Source of the DNA: Planctomycetota bacterium
Lineage (GTDB): Bacteria; Planctomycetota; Phycisphaerae; Tepidisphaerales; Tepidisphaeraceae
Assembly (NCBI GenBank): GCA_039182125.1
Contig: JBCDCH010000017.1
Span: forward strand, 1-62,822
Length of the DNA stretch: 62,822 nt
Direction of reading: 5' to 3'
In this document: piece after piece, positions 54,901 to 62,822 of the stretch
How the letters are laid out: every line of letters begins with the position of its first letter
Numbering within the stretch: position 1 is the stretch's first letter
The notes under the pieces: model-generated
What the model saw: the letters and a program-made list of their open reading frames with translations, nothing else
Told to the model about the DNA's origin: nothing
The model's database searches: none
Translations under genes and position numbers: made by a program

Positions 54901-57704
54901 CGGACGTCGACGGTGTGCGCATCGACGCGCTCGACGGGGACGATGTCGTGACCGCCGGTGTCGGTCTCAACACCGACACGCTCTCGGGTGGCACCAGCGC
55001 GATCACCGTCTTCGGCGGAGCCGGCGACGACCGCCTGTCCGTTAACGCGGCACTCGCCCTGTTTGGAGACGAAGGTCAACCCGGCGTCTTCGGGGGTGAA
55101 GGCAACGACACCTTGAACGTTTCTGGCGTCGACGCCTACGGGGATGCGGGTGACGACGAGTTGATCGGCGGGACCTTGTTCACCGGGAGCTTTTTCGGAG
55201 GTGACGGCAACGACACGCTCCGAGCCGGGACGTTCGGTGCCAACCTGTTCGGCGGAGACGGCGACGACGAACTCGTGGCTCGAGGCGCCACGGCGGACGG
55301 CGGAGCCGGTAACGACAACATCCGCATGTCGTTCAGCCCGATCGAGGGGCCGCGAGTGGGTGTGGTGCGCGGCGGCCCGGGTCAAGACACGATCGTTGCG
55401 GGGGGTACCGACAATCGACTGATCGTGTTCGGCGGTTCCGATGACGACGAGATTCGCATCTCAAATGCCAGTAGTTTCGATGAGCCCACCAGTGTCACGG
55501 TTGACGGCGAGGGCGGCAACGACCTTCTCGACATCCAAGGGCCGGCGTTTGTGCTCGGCGGCGATGGGGCTGACACACTCGTCTCGGGCTTCGGTGCACA
55601 GGACTTCACCGGTGGGTCAGGCACCGACACCGTCGACTACCGCGGCCGTTCCGGCGGGCCGTTCGCCGTCAGCTTCGACAACGTCGCCAACGACGGTGCC
55701 GAGGGCGAGGGCGACAACATCCGCGATGACGTCGAGGTTGCGTTGGGTGCGACGGTCGTTGGTGAGCCGAGCGGGGATGTGGTGCTTGCCGAGGAGACGT
55801 TCGACGAGCCGACCGGGGCGACGACCGGCAGCTTCGTCAACGAGGCGAACGGCGCAATGGTGACGTGGCGGACGTCCAACGGCGGCCCGAATGCGAGCGT
55901 TGCCGATGGCGTGTTCCGCGTGCGCGCTTCGGACGGTTTCGTCTCCTGGTTCACCCCGACGATCGATCTTGATAACGACCAGCCCTACAGCGTGCGCGTC
56001 GACATCAACGTGTCCGACGATGCGGAAGGGTTCGTGTGGCTGCGTGGCGCGGGCGAGTTGCTGCGTGAGCGGAACATTGGCGACCTGCCTGGCCAGCGGA
56101 CGCTACGCCTCGATGGCCGGACGTCGGATCCGAAGTTCGAGTTCAGCTTCAATCTCACTGCCGGCGAAGTCACGTTCGACAACCTCCGCTTGTTCATCCC
56201 CGGTGCCGGCGACGGGGTGCAGGTCTTCCGCGACTCCGATGGCGTGGTGCAGATCGTGGGCACCGATCAGGCCGACGATATTCGCATCATCGAAGCGCCC
56301 GGCGACGGGTTCGAGCGGGTCAGCGTCCTGGTTGACTCGGTCGAGGTGGGCCGGTTCGAGGGTGGAACGCGGTTCAGCGTCGATCTTGGCGGTGGTGATG
56401 ACCGTTTCGTGATCGACCCGGACGTGCCTTTCACCCGGGCCACGATCAACGCTGGCGGGGGCGATGATGTGGTCGAACTGAGCGCCGGTGAGTTCGTCGT
56501 CGACCTCGGCGCTGGCGACGATCGGATCGCGACCTCCAGCGGTCAGTCGACGATCGACGGCGGCGACGGGAATGACACGCTACTGAGTGGTCCGGGTGCC
56601 GACGTGTTTGCCGGTGGTGCGGGAAGCGACACCGTCGACTACGGCGATCGGACCGGCGCGCGGGTGACCTTCGACGGCCTTGCCAACGACGGCGTCACCG
56701 GCGAGCGGGACAACATCGGCTCGGACGTTGAAACCGTCCTCAACGCCAGCACCGACGGGGATGAGCAAGTCACCATCGCTTCCGAGAGCTTTAACGAATC
56801 CGACGGCAGCACCGCCGGCTCGCTCAACAACATCAACGGCGATCCGGTCATCCCGTGGCAGACCTTCCGCGGCGGTGTCGGCGACGGCTTCTTCGCCGTC
56901 GACAACGGCAAGCTCCGCGCTTCCAACACCGCCGGCTTCGTCAGCTGGTACACGGGCGGCAACATCTCGATCGCCGAGACCGATACGCTCAGCGCGGCGA
57001 CCCGGGTTGAGATCGACTTCACCGCGACCGGGCTCGGTCCCGACGATTTGGCGCGGTTCCTCTATCGCGTCGACGGCGGGGCGTCCACGCAGTTCGCGTT
57101 TATCCGAAGCAGTGACGGCTCGTTTACCGCGGTTGCCGAGGGCCTGGTCGGACAGACGCTGCGCCTTGAGGTGCAGCTCCAAGCCAAGGTCGGCACGATC
57201 ACGCTCACCGATGTGCGCGTCACCAAGTCGAGCAAGGACGTCGCCCAGGGAAGCCTGACCGAGACCTTCGACGAGCCCGACGGAAGCACGCAGGGGCAGA
57301 TCAGCGGCACGAACAACGACAACGGATTGTTCATCGGCGGGACGTGGAACACCTTCCGTGGCGGGCCGAACTTCAGTGTGCAGGACGGCGTGTTCCGTGC
57401 CACGGACACCGACGGTTTCCGCACTTGGTACACCTCGCCGTTGACGCGGACCAACGACCTGACGCGGCTGAGCATCGACCTGGCGAGTTTCGGGACATTG
57501 ACCGATGTCGACCGGCTCAATGTGCTCTACCGCATCGACGACGGGCCGGCCCAGATGCTGGCGACGATCCGCGGTGGTGTGGACCAAGCCGTGACCGTCG
57601 ACAACCTTCCGCCGGGCCGGGTCCGCATTGAGATTCAGGCCAACGTCACGACCGACGCCGGCGGCTATACCTGGGACAACATCAGCTTCACCGCCGTAAG
57701 TTGA
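51960..57704 (+). CDS. Giant (1914-aa) repetitive protein: six ~150-aa lectin/jelly-roll-like modules alternating with RTX-like GGxGxD calcium-binding beta-roll segments
   Basis: The module consensus F(D/N)E(P/S)DG(A/S)T(T/A)G(N/S)L…W(R/Q)TF…DG(V/K)L…(F/I)VSW(Y/F)T…(V/I)DL…GLGPDDLAxFLYR(V/I)DGG…QFAF(T/I)R…DGS(L/F)TA…LEVQ… recurs at approximately aa 35, 425, 775, 1275, 1600 and 1760. Between the modules lie runs of GGDGDDxL / GGxGNDTL / GG(P/S)GxDTVDY units and the recurring box RTDGPF(T/A)VSFDxVANDGAEGEGDNIRDDVEVALGA. There is no obvious signal peptide or PEP-CTERM. Confidence 0.8.
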   Translation: MTTTAHTHIKNSAAAVVEQLETRRLLNGDFAPEIYSETFDEPEGSTSGRLDVFGSSGGPGWQTFRDNVGDGTFEVRDGALVAKETSGIVSWYTELSLNRTVDFSLDLAANGVGPNDYARVVLFPRFAPAEEIALVRGQDGRFTATASAITPGSVRLEVQLLATQGQFAIDNLSIQQIPGPEASQVELVDGVLRITGTQGADDIAVRSIQLTDGSLGTQVFINNFAGGDDIYDTTRVWVDLLGGSDEFQQNTGIGDGLDVTAFGGLGPDRMVGSAGVNEIHGGDGDDFIVHRFDADGLIFGGDGDDQIRVRDESETDVEDGAGNDRFEFNQRVAGGRTLNVNGGPGDDYLFNGPGTPEVFTGGPGQDTVGYNDSDGGEFFVSFDGLPNDGASGEGDNIGTDVEEVVGATIVNQPPTDGQQLFAEPFDEPDGATTGNLTPTGIWRTFQPNGGIAVRDGVLVIEDTTDFVSWFTSDLDIGGQGPVDVSIDLTGTGLGPDDLANFLYRVDGGALQQFAFTRATDGSLTATANGIVGNALKLEVQFKAVVGTYTLDNVTVTAADAPPTGAFLDGQTLRIVVTDGAETWTIVNPSEGPGGFRDNELQITGPTGEPDFFQLRDVDDIVIDLAGGDDRLFVEDVYGEFPLSEALGSDGADRFEFRTVSALRGVLDGQGGDDFISVSNFGDPATLHGGDGNDTLVTNGTGYIVEGGNGDDTLVTGVGGDDFTGGPGNDTVDYRPRTDGPFTVSFDDVANDGAEGEGDNIRDDVEVALGASVVGEPGSVTLYTEFFDEAPFATSGNLTPSGEWRTYGPAGGIRLADGRDTSILRVSGTEDNPSGFVSWYTTPLDIAGAENVAVEMFLSGRDLTDRDLVRFLYRIDDGPNQEFFFTRGTDGVFTPSIDGLSGGTLRLEVQFRAEGDATYFLDDIVITSAPSTGGPTAQVIDRTLVVTGTSGDDNLSVAATENFLGVYRVSSGTNVIAEFPVADVDGVRIDALDGDDVVTAGVGLNTDTLSGGTSAITVFGGAGDDRLSVNAALALFGDEGQPGVFGGEGNDTLNVSGVDAYGDAGDDELIGGTLFTGSFFGGDGNDTLRAGTFGANLFGGDGDDELVARGATADGGAGNDNIRMSFSPIEGPRVGVVRGGPGQDTIVAGGTDNRLIVFGGSDDDEIRISNASSFDEPTSVTVDGEGGNDLLDIQGPAFVLGGDGADTLVSGFGAQDFTGGSGTDTVDYRGRSGGPFAVSFDNVANDGAEGEGDNIRDDVEVALGATVVGEPSGDVVLAEETFDEPTGATTGSFVNEANGAMVTWRTSNGGPNASVADGVFRVRASDGFVSWFTPTIDLDNDQPYSVRVDINVSDDAEGFVWLRGAGELLRERNIGDLPGQRTLRLDGRTSDPKFEFSFNLTAGEVTFDNLRLFIPGAGDGVQVFRDSDGVVQIVGTDQADDIRIIEAPGDGFERVSVLVDSVEVGRFEGGTRFSVDLGGGDDRFVIDPDVPFTRATINAGGGDDVVELSAGEFVVDLGAGDDRIATSSGQSTIDGGDGNDTLLSGPGADVFAGGAGSDTVDYGDRTGARVTFDGLANDGVTGERDNIGSDVETVLNASTDGDEQVTIASESFNESDGSTAGSLNNINGDPVIPWQTFRGGVGDGFFAVDNGKLRASNTAGFVSWYTGGNISIAETDTLSAATRVEIDFTATGLGPDDLARFLYRVDGGASTQFAFIRSSDGSFTAVAEGLVGQTLRLEVQLQAKVGTITLTDVRVTKSSKDVAQGSLTETFDEPDGSTQGQISGTNNDNGLFIGGTWNTFRGGPNFSVQDGVFRATDTDGFRTWYTSPLTRTNDLTRLSIDLASFGTLTDVDRLNVLYRIDDGPAQMLATIRGGVDQAVTVDNLPPGRVRIEIQANVTTDAGGYTWDNISFTAVS

Positions 57705-57745
57705 GCTGTACCCGCGCAATGGCTTGGCGATATACTCCCGGCACT

Positions 57746-58492
57746 ATGAGCCAGTATCAACAACCGGAGTACCTCGGTCAGCGTGAGACGGTCGGCACCC
57801 TTGCGTATGCCGCACCGGAGGCGACACGGGGGTCGTTCATTCGCAAGACGTATCTGCACTTGCTGGGCGCGGTGCTCGCCTTGGCGGCGATCGACACCGC
57901 GATCCTGACGCTCGTGCCGGCCGAGACGCTCAACGCCATCTTCGGCACCGTGCTCGGCGGACAGTGGGGCTGGCTGATCGTGCTCGGGGCGTTCATGCTC
58001 GTGAGTTGGATCGCCGAGAGCATGGCCCGCAGCGCGACGTCGATCGGCATTCAATACGCCGGGCTGTCGTTGTACGTGGTCGCCCAGGCGGTGATCCTCG
58101 TGCCGTTGCTGTGGATCGCGACGACGGTGCCGGCGTTCGACGGCATTCTGTTCCAGGCGCTGGTCATCACCGTGGTGATGTTCGGATCACTCACGGCATT
58201 CGTGATGCTCACCGGATACAACTTCGGTTTCCTCCGCGGCATTCTGATGATCGTCGGCATCGGCGCGATGATTGGCATCATCGGGTCCATCGCTTTCGGG
58301 TTCACGCTCGGGCTTTGGTTCACCGTCCTCATGATCGCGTTCGCTTGCGGGTCGATCCTGTATCAGACCTCGGCGGTGATGCATGACTACCGCATCGGCC
58401 AGCACGTCGCGGCGAGCCTCGCGCTCTTCGCCGCGGTGGCCTTGCTGTTCTGGTACGTCCTGCGGCTGCTGATGAGCTTGCGGAACGAGTAA
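57746..58492 (+). CDS. Bax inhibitor-1 / YccA family membrane protein
   Basis: Internal ATG at 57746 (MSQYQQPEYLGQRE…). The family signature FIRKTYLHLLGAVLALAAI and seven hydrophobic helices are present. Confidence 0.8.
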   Translation: MSQYQQPEYLGQRETVGTLAYAAPEATRGSFIRKTYLHLLGAVLALAAIDTAILTLVPAETLNAIFGTVLGGQWGWLIVLGAFMLVSWIAESMARSATSIGIQYAGLSLYVVAQAVILVPLLWIATTVPAFDGILFQALVITVVMFGSLTAFVMLTGYNFGFLRGILMIVGIGAMIGIIGSIAFGFTLGLWFTVLMIAFACGSILYQTSAVMHDYRIGQHVAASLALFAAVALLFWYVLRLLMSLRNE

Positions 58493-58565
58493 GTCGAACA
58501 CCTTTTCCACACACCACGGCCGGGACGCGAGAACGCGTCCCGGCTTTTTCGTATCCTCTTCGACG

Positions 58566-59657
58566 TTGACCGAATCCAAGAAACGCGACACCAGGCTTGA
58601 TGGCTGGCGGGGGTTGTGCCTGGCGAACATGCTGGTTGCACACCTCGTCCACGGCGGGGCGATCGCGTTTTCGCCGGACTGGTGGTTGTGGCTCGCCGAG
58701 TACACCCGCTTCGCGGCGGCGGGGTTCATCCTCGTCTCGGGCATGACGATCGGCTTGGTGTTCGGCAGGCGTGACGGCGCGTATCTGCGCATGGATCGTC
58801 GGGCCGGCGAGGTGCTCGTGGCCCACTTCGCGATGACGCTGCTGGCGTATGCGTTGCTCGCACCGCAGTACCCGGTGGGGCCGTTGGTGTGGCAGGTGGT
58901 GACGCTGCGCGAGGGGCACGACTTGTTGCCGTTCTACGTCGTGATGCTGCTCGCGGCGCCGGGCATGCTTTGGCTGCTGCGGCGCGGGCTGGGTTGGTTG
59001 CTGCTGCTGATCTCGGCCGGGTTGTACGGCCTCGACATCGCGGTGCCGGGGACGTTCCTGCTGCCCTTGCAGGACAAGCCGGAGCAGAGCACGTTTCTGG
59101 TCCTGCGTTGGCAGGGATTCTTCGTTCTCGGTGTGTGGGCGGGGTATTACTTGAAGCGCTTCGACGCCTGGCCGAACCGGCGGAAGCTGGCGGTCGTCAT
59201 TGCCGCATCGTTGGTCACGGTCACGTGTCACCTGCTGGCTTACGACGAGCAGTACGGGTTGAACATCAACCCTGGACTGGTCTTCTGGAAGCAGGTGCTG
59301 AGCGTGCCGGAGTTCGTGAAGTACCTGGCGCTTTGCGTGACGATCTTCGGGTGGACGGGTTTGGCGTGGCGTTGGTTGGCATCGCCGATGCGGCCGATGG
59401 CGACGCTGGGGCGACACGCGCTGCCGGTGTACGTGGCCCATGTGTATCTGCTTGCACCGTTGGCGGCGTTGTCGGTCGCGGTGCCGTTGCCCGACGCGGG
59501 GAAGCTGGCTTGGCTCGTCATCGGCGTCGCGGCCTTGTGGGCGTTTGCCGTCGGCGTCGAGTGGTTGCAACGCAAGTGGAAGCCGACGCGCTACGTCGCC
59601 GCCCCGGCAATCGTCGTGGCGAGTGTGGCATACATGTTCGTTTGGCAACTACTGTGA
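58566..59657 (+). CDS. Acyltransferase family 3 / OpgC-like integral membrane protein
   Basis: The N-terminal RLDGWRGLCLANMLVAHL matches the conserved (L/I)DxxRG(L/I)A…H opening of acyltransferase-3/DUF1624-type proteins. ~10 TM helices. Confidence 0.7.
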   Translation: MTESKKRDTRLDGWRGLCLANMLVAHLVHGGAIAFSPDWWLWLAEYTRFAAAGFILVSGMTIGLVFGRRDGAYLRMDRRAGEVLVAHFAMTLLAYALLAPQYPVGPLVWQVVTLREGHDLLPFYVVMLLAAPGMLWLLRRGLGWLLLLISAGLYGLDIAVPGTFLLPLQDKPEQSTFLVLRWQGFFVLGVWAGYYLKRFDAWPNRRKLAVVIAASLVTVTCHLLAYDEQYGLNINPGLVFWKQVLSVPEFVKYLALCVTIFGWTGLAWRWLASPMRPMATLGRHALPVYVAHVYLLAPLAALSVAVPLPDAGKLAWLVIGVAALWAFAVGVEWLQRKWKPTRYVAAPAIVVASVAYMFVWQLL

Positions 59658-59661
59658 TGTC

Positions 59662-60594
59662 ATGCAGGTGTTGCACGGGATGAACGCGATCACCGATCTG
59701 CCGAACGGAGCGGCGCTCTCGATCGGCAACTTCGACGGGCTGCACCTCGGGCATCAGCGGATCATCGAGGCGCTGGGTGATGGGCCGAGGGCGATCGTGA
59801 CGTTCGAGCCGCACCCGGCGACGGTGCTGCGTCCGGAACTCGCGCCACCCCGGCTCTCGACGGCGGAACAAAAGCGCGCGTTGCTGGAAGACGCAGGGAT
59901 CGACGCGGTGCTAGAGCTGCCGCCGAGTCCGGAAGTGCTGGGGCAAGCGCCGTTGGCGTTTTGGCAGCGGTTGGTCGAGGAGGTTCGGCCGAGCCGGGTC
60001 GTGGAGGGCGAGGACTTTCGTTTCGGCAAGGCCCGCGGCGGCGACGTGGCGATGATGCGGCAGCACGCCGGCGGCACCGAGATCGTCACCATCGAGCCGG
60101 CGACGGCGGTGCTGCACGATCTGTCGGTCGTCGATGTCGGCAGTTCGTTGATCCGCTGGCTCATCGCCCACGGCCGGGTGAGCGATGCGGCCCGTTGCCT
60201 GGGTCGGCCGTATCGGCTCGTCGGTGAGGTCATTCGCGGCTACGGCCGGGGCCGCAAGCTCGGCATCCCCACGGCCAACCTCGCGAGCCGGCAACTGGTC
60301 CCCGCCGACGGCGTCTACGCCGGCAGCGTCGATGGCCAGCCCGCCGCGATCAGTATCGGCGTTACGCCGACCTTCGACGGCATGCGTCGCCAGACCGAGG
60401 TCCACATCCTCGACTTCGACGGCGACCTTTACGACAAGCCGCTCGCGGTCGATCTGCACCATTGGGTCCGGCCGCAGGTGAAGTTCGACGGGGTGGAGCA
60501 TCTGGTCGAGCAGTTGCACCGGGATTTCGCGACGATCCGAAAGACCACGGCTTCAGCCGTGGGTCGACGGGCGGTATCGCAGACCCACGGCTGA
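59662..60594 (+). CDS. ribF: Bifunctional riboflavin kinase / FMN adenylyltransferase
   Basis: The ATG at 59662 lies 4 nt after the upstream stop. ALSIGNFDGLHLGHQ (FAD synthetase HxGH), …GEDFRFG… and a C-terminal riboflavin-kinase segment (…VYAGSVDG…GVTPTFDG…VEVHILDFDGDLY). Confidence 0.9.
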   Translation: MQVLHGMNAITDLPNGAALSIGNFDGLHLGHQRIIEALGDGPRAIVTFEPHPATVLRPELAPPRLSTAEQKRALLEDAGIDAVLELPPSPEVLGQAPLAFWQRLVEEVRPSRVVEGEDFRFGKARGGDVAMMRQHAGGTEIVTIEPATAVLHDLSVVDVGSSLIRWLIAHGRVSDAARCLGRPYRLVGEVIRGYGRGRKLGIPTANLASRQLVPADGVYAGSVDGQPAAISIGVTPTFDGMRRQTEVHILDFDGDLYDKPLAVDLHHWVRPQVKFDGVEHLVEQLHRDFATIRKTTASAVGRRAVSQTHG

Positions 60595-60617
60595 AGCCGT
60601 GGGCTTTCGGTTGTGGT

Positions 60618-61544
60618 ATGCTCGCTCTCCAGATGATGCGTACCACCACTGCCGTTCTTGCCGTTTCGTTGTCGACGACAGCGTTCGCCCAAGTGTCCGA
60701 CGTCGTTTTCTTCGGCGACTCGCTCAGCGACGTCGGGAATGTCAACGCGTTGACCCTCGGCTTGCTGCCGGGGGCGAACTACTTCGACGGCCGGTTCTCG
60801 AACGGGCAACTTTTCAGCGAGTACCTCGCGTCCGACCTGGGCTTGCCCGCGCCGGTGAACAGCTTGGCCGGCGGCGACAACTTCGCGTTCGGCGGCGCCG
60901 GGGCGGCGGGCAACAACTTCATCGGCGTGATCCCGTCGGTCGAGAATCAGGTGGCCGACTACCTCGGCTCGAACGTGCCGCAAGGCGACGAACTGTTCGT
61001 CGTCTGGGGCGGGTCCAACGACATCATCGATGGTGACGACGACGGGTTCAACGGCGACGCCGCCGCGGCGATCGCATCGTCGGCCGGCGATCTGGCGACG
61101 GCCGGTGCGCAGTTCATCGCCGTGCTGAACCTCGTGCCGCTGGGCCAAACTCCGCGGGCGCTGGGCACGGCGAACGAGTCGGTGTTTGACGATGCCGCGA
61201 TCGCGTTCAATGCCGCACTGGCGGCGGGGTTGGCCGACGTCCGGACGAACCATCCCACGGTCGAGCTGATCGAGATTGACGTGTTCGATGCCTTCGGCGA
61301 CATCCTCGCCGACCCGTCTTCATTCGGCTTGACCAACATCACCGACGATGCGCAGGGCGCGGGTCTCGGCTTCGACGAGGCGGACGGGTTTCTGTTCTGG
61401 GACGACATCCACCCGACGACCGCGGGGCATCGGTTGTTGACCGACGAGATTTTCGCGGCGTTGCCGGCGAGTGTGACCGGCGTGCCGGAGCCGAGCGTGA
61501 TCGGGGTCGCGGCACTCGGTCTGCTACTGCGTCGACGGCGCTAA
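60618..61544 (+). CDS. GDSL/SGNH-family lipase/esterase with PEP-CTERM anchor
   Basis: Signal peptide MLALQMMRTTTAVLAVSLSTTAFA; catalytic block VVFFGDSLSDVGN, …GGSND… and a distal DxxHPT (WDDIHPT); C-terminal VPEPSVIGVAALGLLLRRRR. Confidence 0.8.
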   Translation: MLALQMMRTTTAVLAVSLSTTAFAQVSDVVFFGDSLSDVGNVNALTLGLLPGANYFDGRFSNGQLFSEYLASDLGLPAPVNSLAGGDNFAFGGAGAAGNNFIGVIPSVENQVADYLGSNVPQGDELFVVWGGSNDIIDGDDDGFNGDAAAAIASSAGDLATAGAQFIAVLNLVPLGQTPRALGTANESVFDDAAIAFNAALAAGLADVRTNHPTVELIEIDVFDAFGDILADPSSFGLTNITDDAQGAGLGFDEADGFLFWDDIHPTTAGHRLLTDEIFAALPASVTGVPEPSVIGVAALGLLLRRRR

Positions 61545-61553
61545 CCTTGGCTT

Positions 61554-62486
61554 GTGACGTTCCACGAACACCTCGCCGATGCGACCAACGTCCTGCTCAC
61601 CACCCACGTCCGCCCCGACGGCGACGCCTTGGGCACCACCGCCGCGATGTCGCTTTGGCTCACGCGGCGGGGCAAGTCCGTCACGCGGCTGCTGCTCTCG
61701 CCGATGCCAAACAAGTATCGCTTCGTCTACGACGACGCCGGGCTGGATTGGACCGAGACGATCCCGGACATGACGTCGTTCGACACGCTGCTGGTGTGTG
61801 ACACAGGGACGTGGAACCAGCTGCCGGGCATGGAGGAAGCGTTGGCCGGGTGGGGCGGAAGGAAGCTCGTGCTGGATCATCATGTCACCCAGCAGGACTG
61901 GGCGGACGCGAAGCTGGTCGACACCGAGGCCGCCGCCGCCGCCGAGATCGCGGCAACGGTCATCGGCGAACTCGACAAGACCGTCGCCGCGGCCTTGTAC
62001 GTCGCGCTGGTCAGCGACACCGGCTGGTTTCGTTATCCGAACACCCGGGCCGCGACGCTGCGGCTTGCCGCCGATTGCGTCGATGCGGGCGTCGACACCG
62101 ATGCGATCTACCGCAGGCTGTATCTGTCCGAAACCGAAAAGCGCCTGCGCCTGCAGGCCGACGTGCAGCAGTCGATGGAAGTTCGCGGCGACGTCGCGGT
62201 GCAGTCCTGCACACTCGCCGACTTCGCCCGCTATGGTGCCAACGTCACCGACACGGAAGACGTGGTGAACTGGCCGCTGCAGATCGCTGACGTGATGGCA
62301 TCGGTGCTGTTGGTCGAGACCGAAGATGGCGTGAAAGCCAGCTTCCGTAGCAAGACCGGCGGCCCGGACGTCGCCGCCCTTGCCAGCACCTTCGGCGGCG
62401 GCGGTCATGTGCGGGCAGCGGGGGCAAGGTTGGCGGACCTCACCCTCGACGACGCCAGGCAAAAGATCATTGGTTCCCTGGCGTAA
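61554..62486 (+). CDS. nrnA: DHH-family phosphoesterase (NrnA-like oligoribonuclease/pAp phosphatase)
   Basis: GTG start. Motifs HVRPDGDALG, LVCDTG, LVLDHH (DHH motif) and the DHHA1-region GGGGH. Confidence 0.85.
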   Translation: MTFHEHLADATNVLLTTHVRPDGDALGTTAAMSLWLTRRGKSVTRLLLSPMPNKYRFVYDDAGLDWTETIPDMTSFDTLLVCDTGTWNQLPGMEEALAGWGGRKLVLDHHVTQQDWADAKLVDTEAAAAAEIAATVIGELDKTVAAALYVALVSDTGWFRYPNTRAATLRLAADCVDAGVDTDAIYRRLYLSETEKRLRLQADVQQSMEVRGDVAVQSCTLADFARYGANVTDTEDVVNWPLQIADVMASVLLVETEDGVKASFRSKTGGPDVAALASTFGGGGHVRAAGARLADLTLDDARQKIIGSLA

Positions 62487-62546
62487 GCGGCAACAGGGTG
62501 TCGAGGTTTGGCACGGTCCCGATCCTGCGATACCCTTTGCGTCTCC

Positions 62547-62822
62547 ATGGCACGCGTAGATATCGAAAACGTCCGCAAGGTTTACGATGGTGGCGTTGAA
62601 GCCGTCAAGGGCATCAACCTTAACATCAAGGACGAAGAGTTGGTCGTGCTCGTCGGCCCGTCGGGCTGCGGCAAGTCGACGACGCTCCGCATGGTCGCCG
62701 GGCTCGAGGAGATCACCTCCGGCACCATCTCCATCGGCGGCAACGTCGTGAACAACGTCGCCCCCAAGGACCGCGACATCGCCATGGTGTTCCAGAACTA
62801 CGCCCTGTACCCGCACATGACG
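62547..62822 (+). CDS. ABC transporter ATP-binding protein (MalK/UgpC-like), N-terminal fragment; continues beyond the window
   Basis: [59 protein letters not shown]…[13 protein letters not shown]. These are the Walker A and Q-loop of sugar-type ABC ATPases. Confidence 0.85.
   Translation, partial: MARVDIENVRKVYDGGVEAVKGINLNIKDEELVVLVGPSGCGKSTTLRMVAGLEEITSGTISIGGNVVNNVAPKDRDIAMVFQNYALYPHMT

Noticed and set aside
61524-62816. 430-aa minus-strand ORF spanning nrnA and the start of the ABC ATPase
   Set aside because: Both plus-strand genes carry clear family motifs (DHH/GGGH; Walker A). The minus-frame product lacks motifs and runs across an intergenic gap.
1-62822. CRISPR arrays, IS elements / transposases, prophage genes
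   Set aside because: There are no regularly spaced direct repeats and no ORF with transposase or integrase motifs (DDE, tyrosine recombinase R-H-R-Y). The only short repeat cluster, at 6922-7046, is irregular and only 125 bp long.

Overview
This is a high-GC (roughly 65%) chromosomal segment with about 50 genes. It most likely comes from a Planctomycetota-like genome. The window holds two prepilin-type N-terminal ([17 protein letters not shown]) + DUF1559 proteins and seven secreted proteins ending in a PEP-CTERM sorting signal (VPEP…LLLRRRR). Every assignment below is from reading the translations; no database search was run.

Recognisable housekeeping genes include glmS, ribF, a DHH/NrnA phosphoesterase, nadC, the soluble transhydrogenase sthA, rmlC, a class II photolyase, an Old Yellow Enzyme, the TIGR02453/DUF2461 protein, a c-type cytochrome, a Bax-inhibitor/YccA protein and one tRNA-Met(CAT). 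There is a dense signalling layer:
- a NarL-type response regulator with a 1130-aa beta-propeller sensor kinase;
- two soluble HisKA_3 kinases, one cotranscribed with a GAF–PP2C phosphatase;
- a Ser/Thr kinase, a GGDEF cyclase and a cNMP-binding thioredoxin-reductase-like protein.

No CRISPR array, transposase or integrase was seen.

The most unusual items are:
1. A RES–Xre (ParS/DUF2384) toxin–antitoxin pair whose RES toxin carries a C-terminal PilZ-like extension (RLRVR … DDISVGG), implying c-di-GMP control of an NAD+-targeting toxin.
2. A minus-strand operon of three consecutive SPFH/band-7 proteins (a polytopic-membrane SPFH fusion, then an HflC-like and an HflK-like protein) followed by an ABC-2-type ATPase.
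3. A PEP-CTERM protein with two tandem retropepsin-like DTGA lobes.
4. A 1914-aa protein built from six ~150-aa modules alternating with RTX-like GGxGxD calcium-binding repeats.
5. A P1B-type ATPase in which the transmembrane CPC metal-binding motif is replaced by APS.
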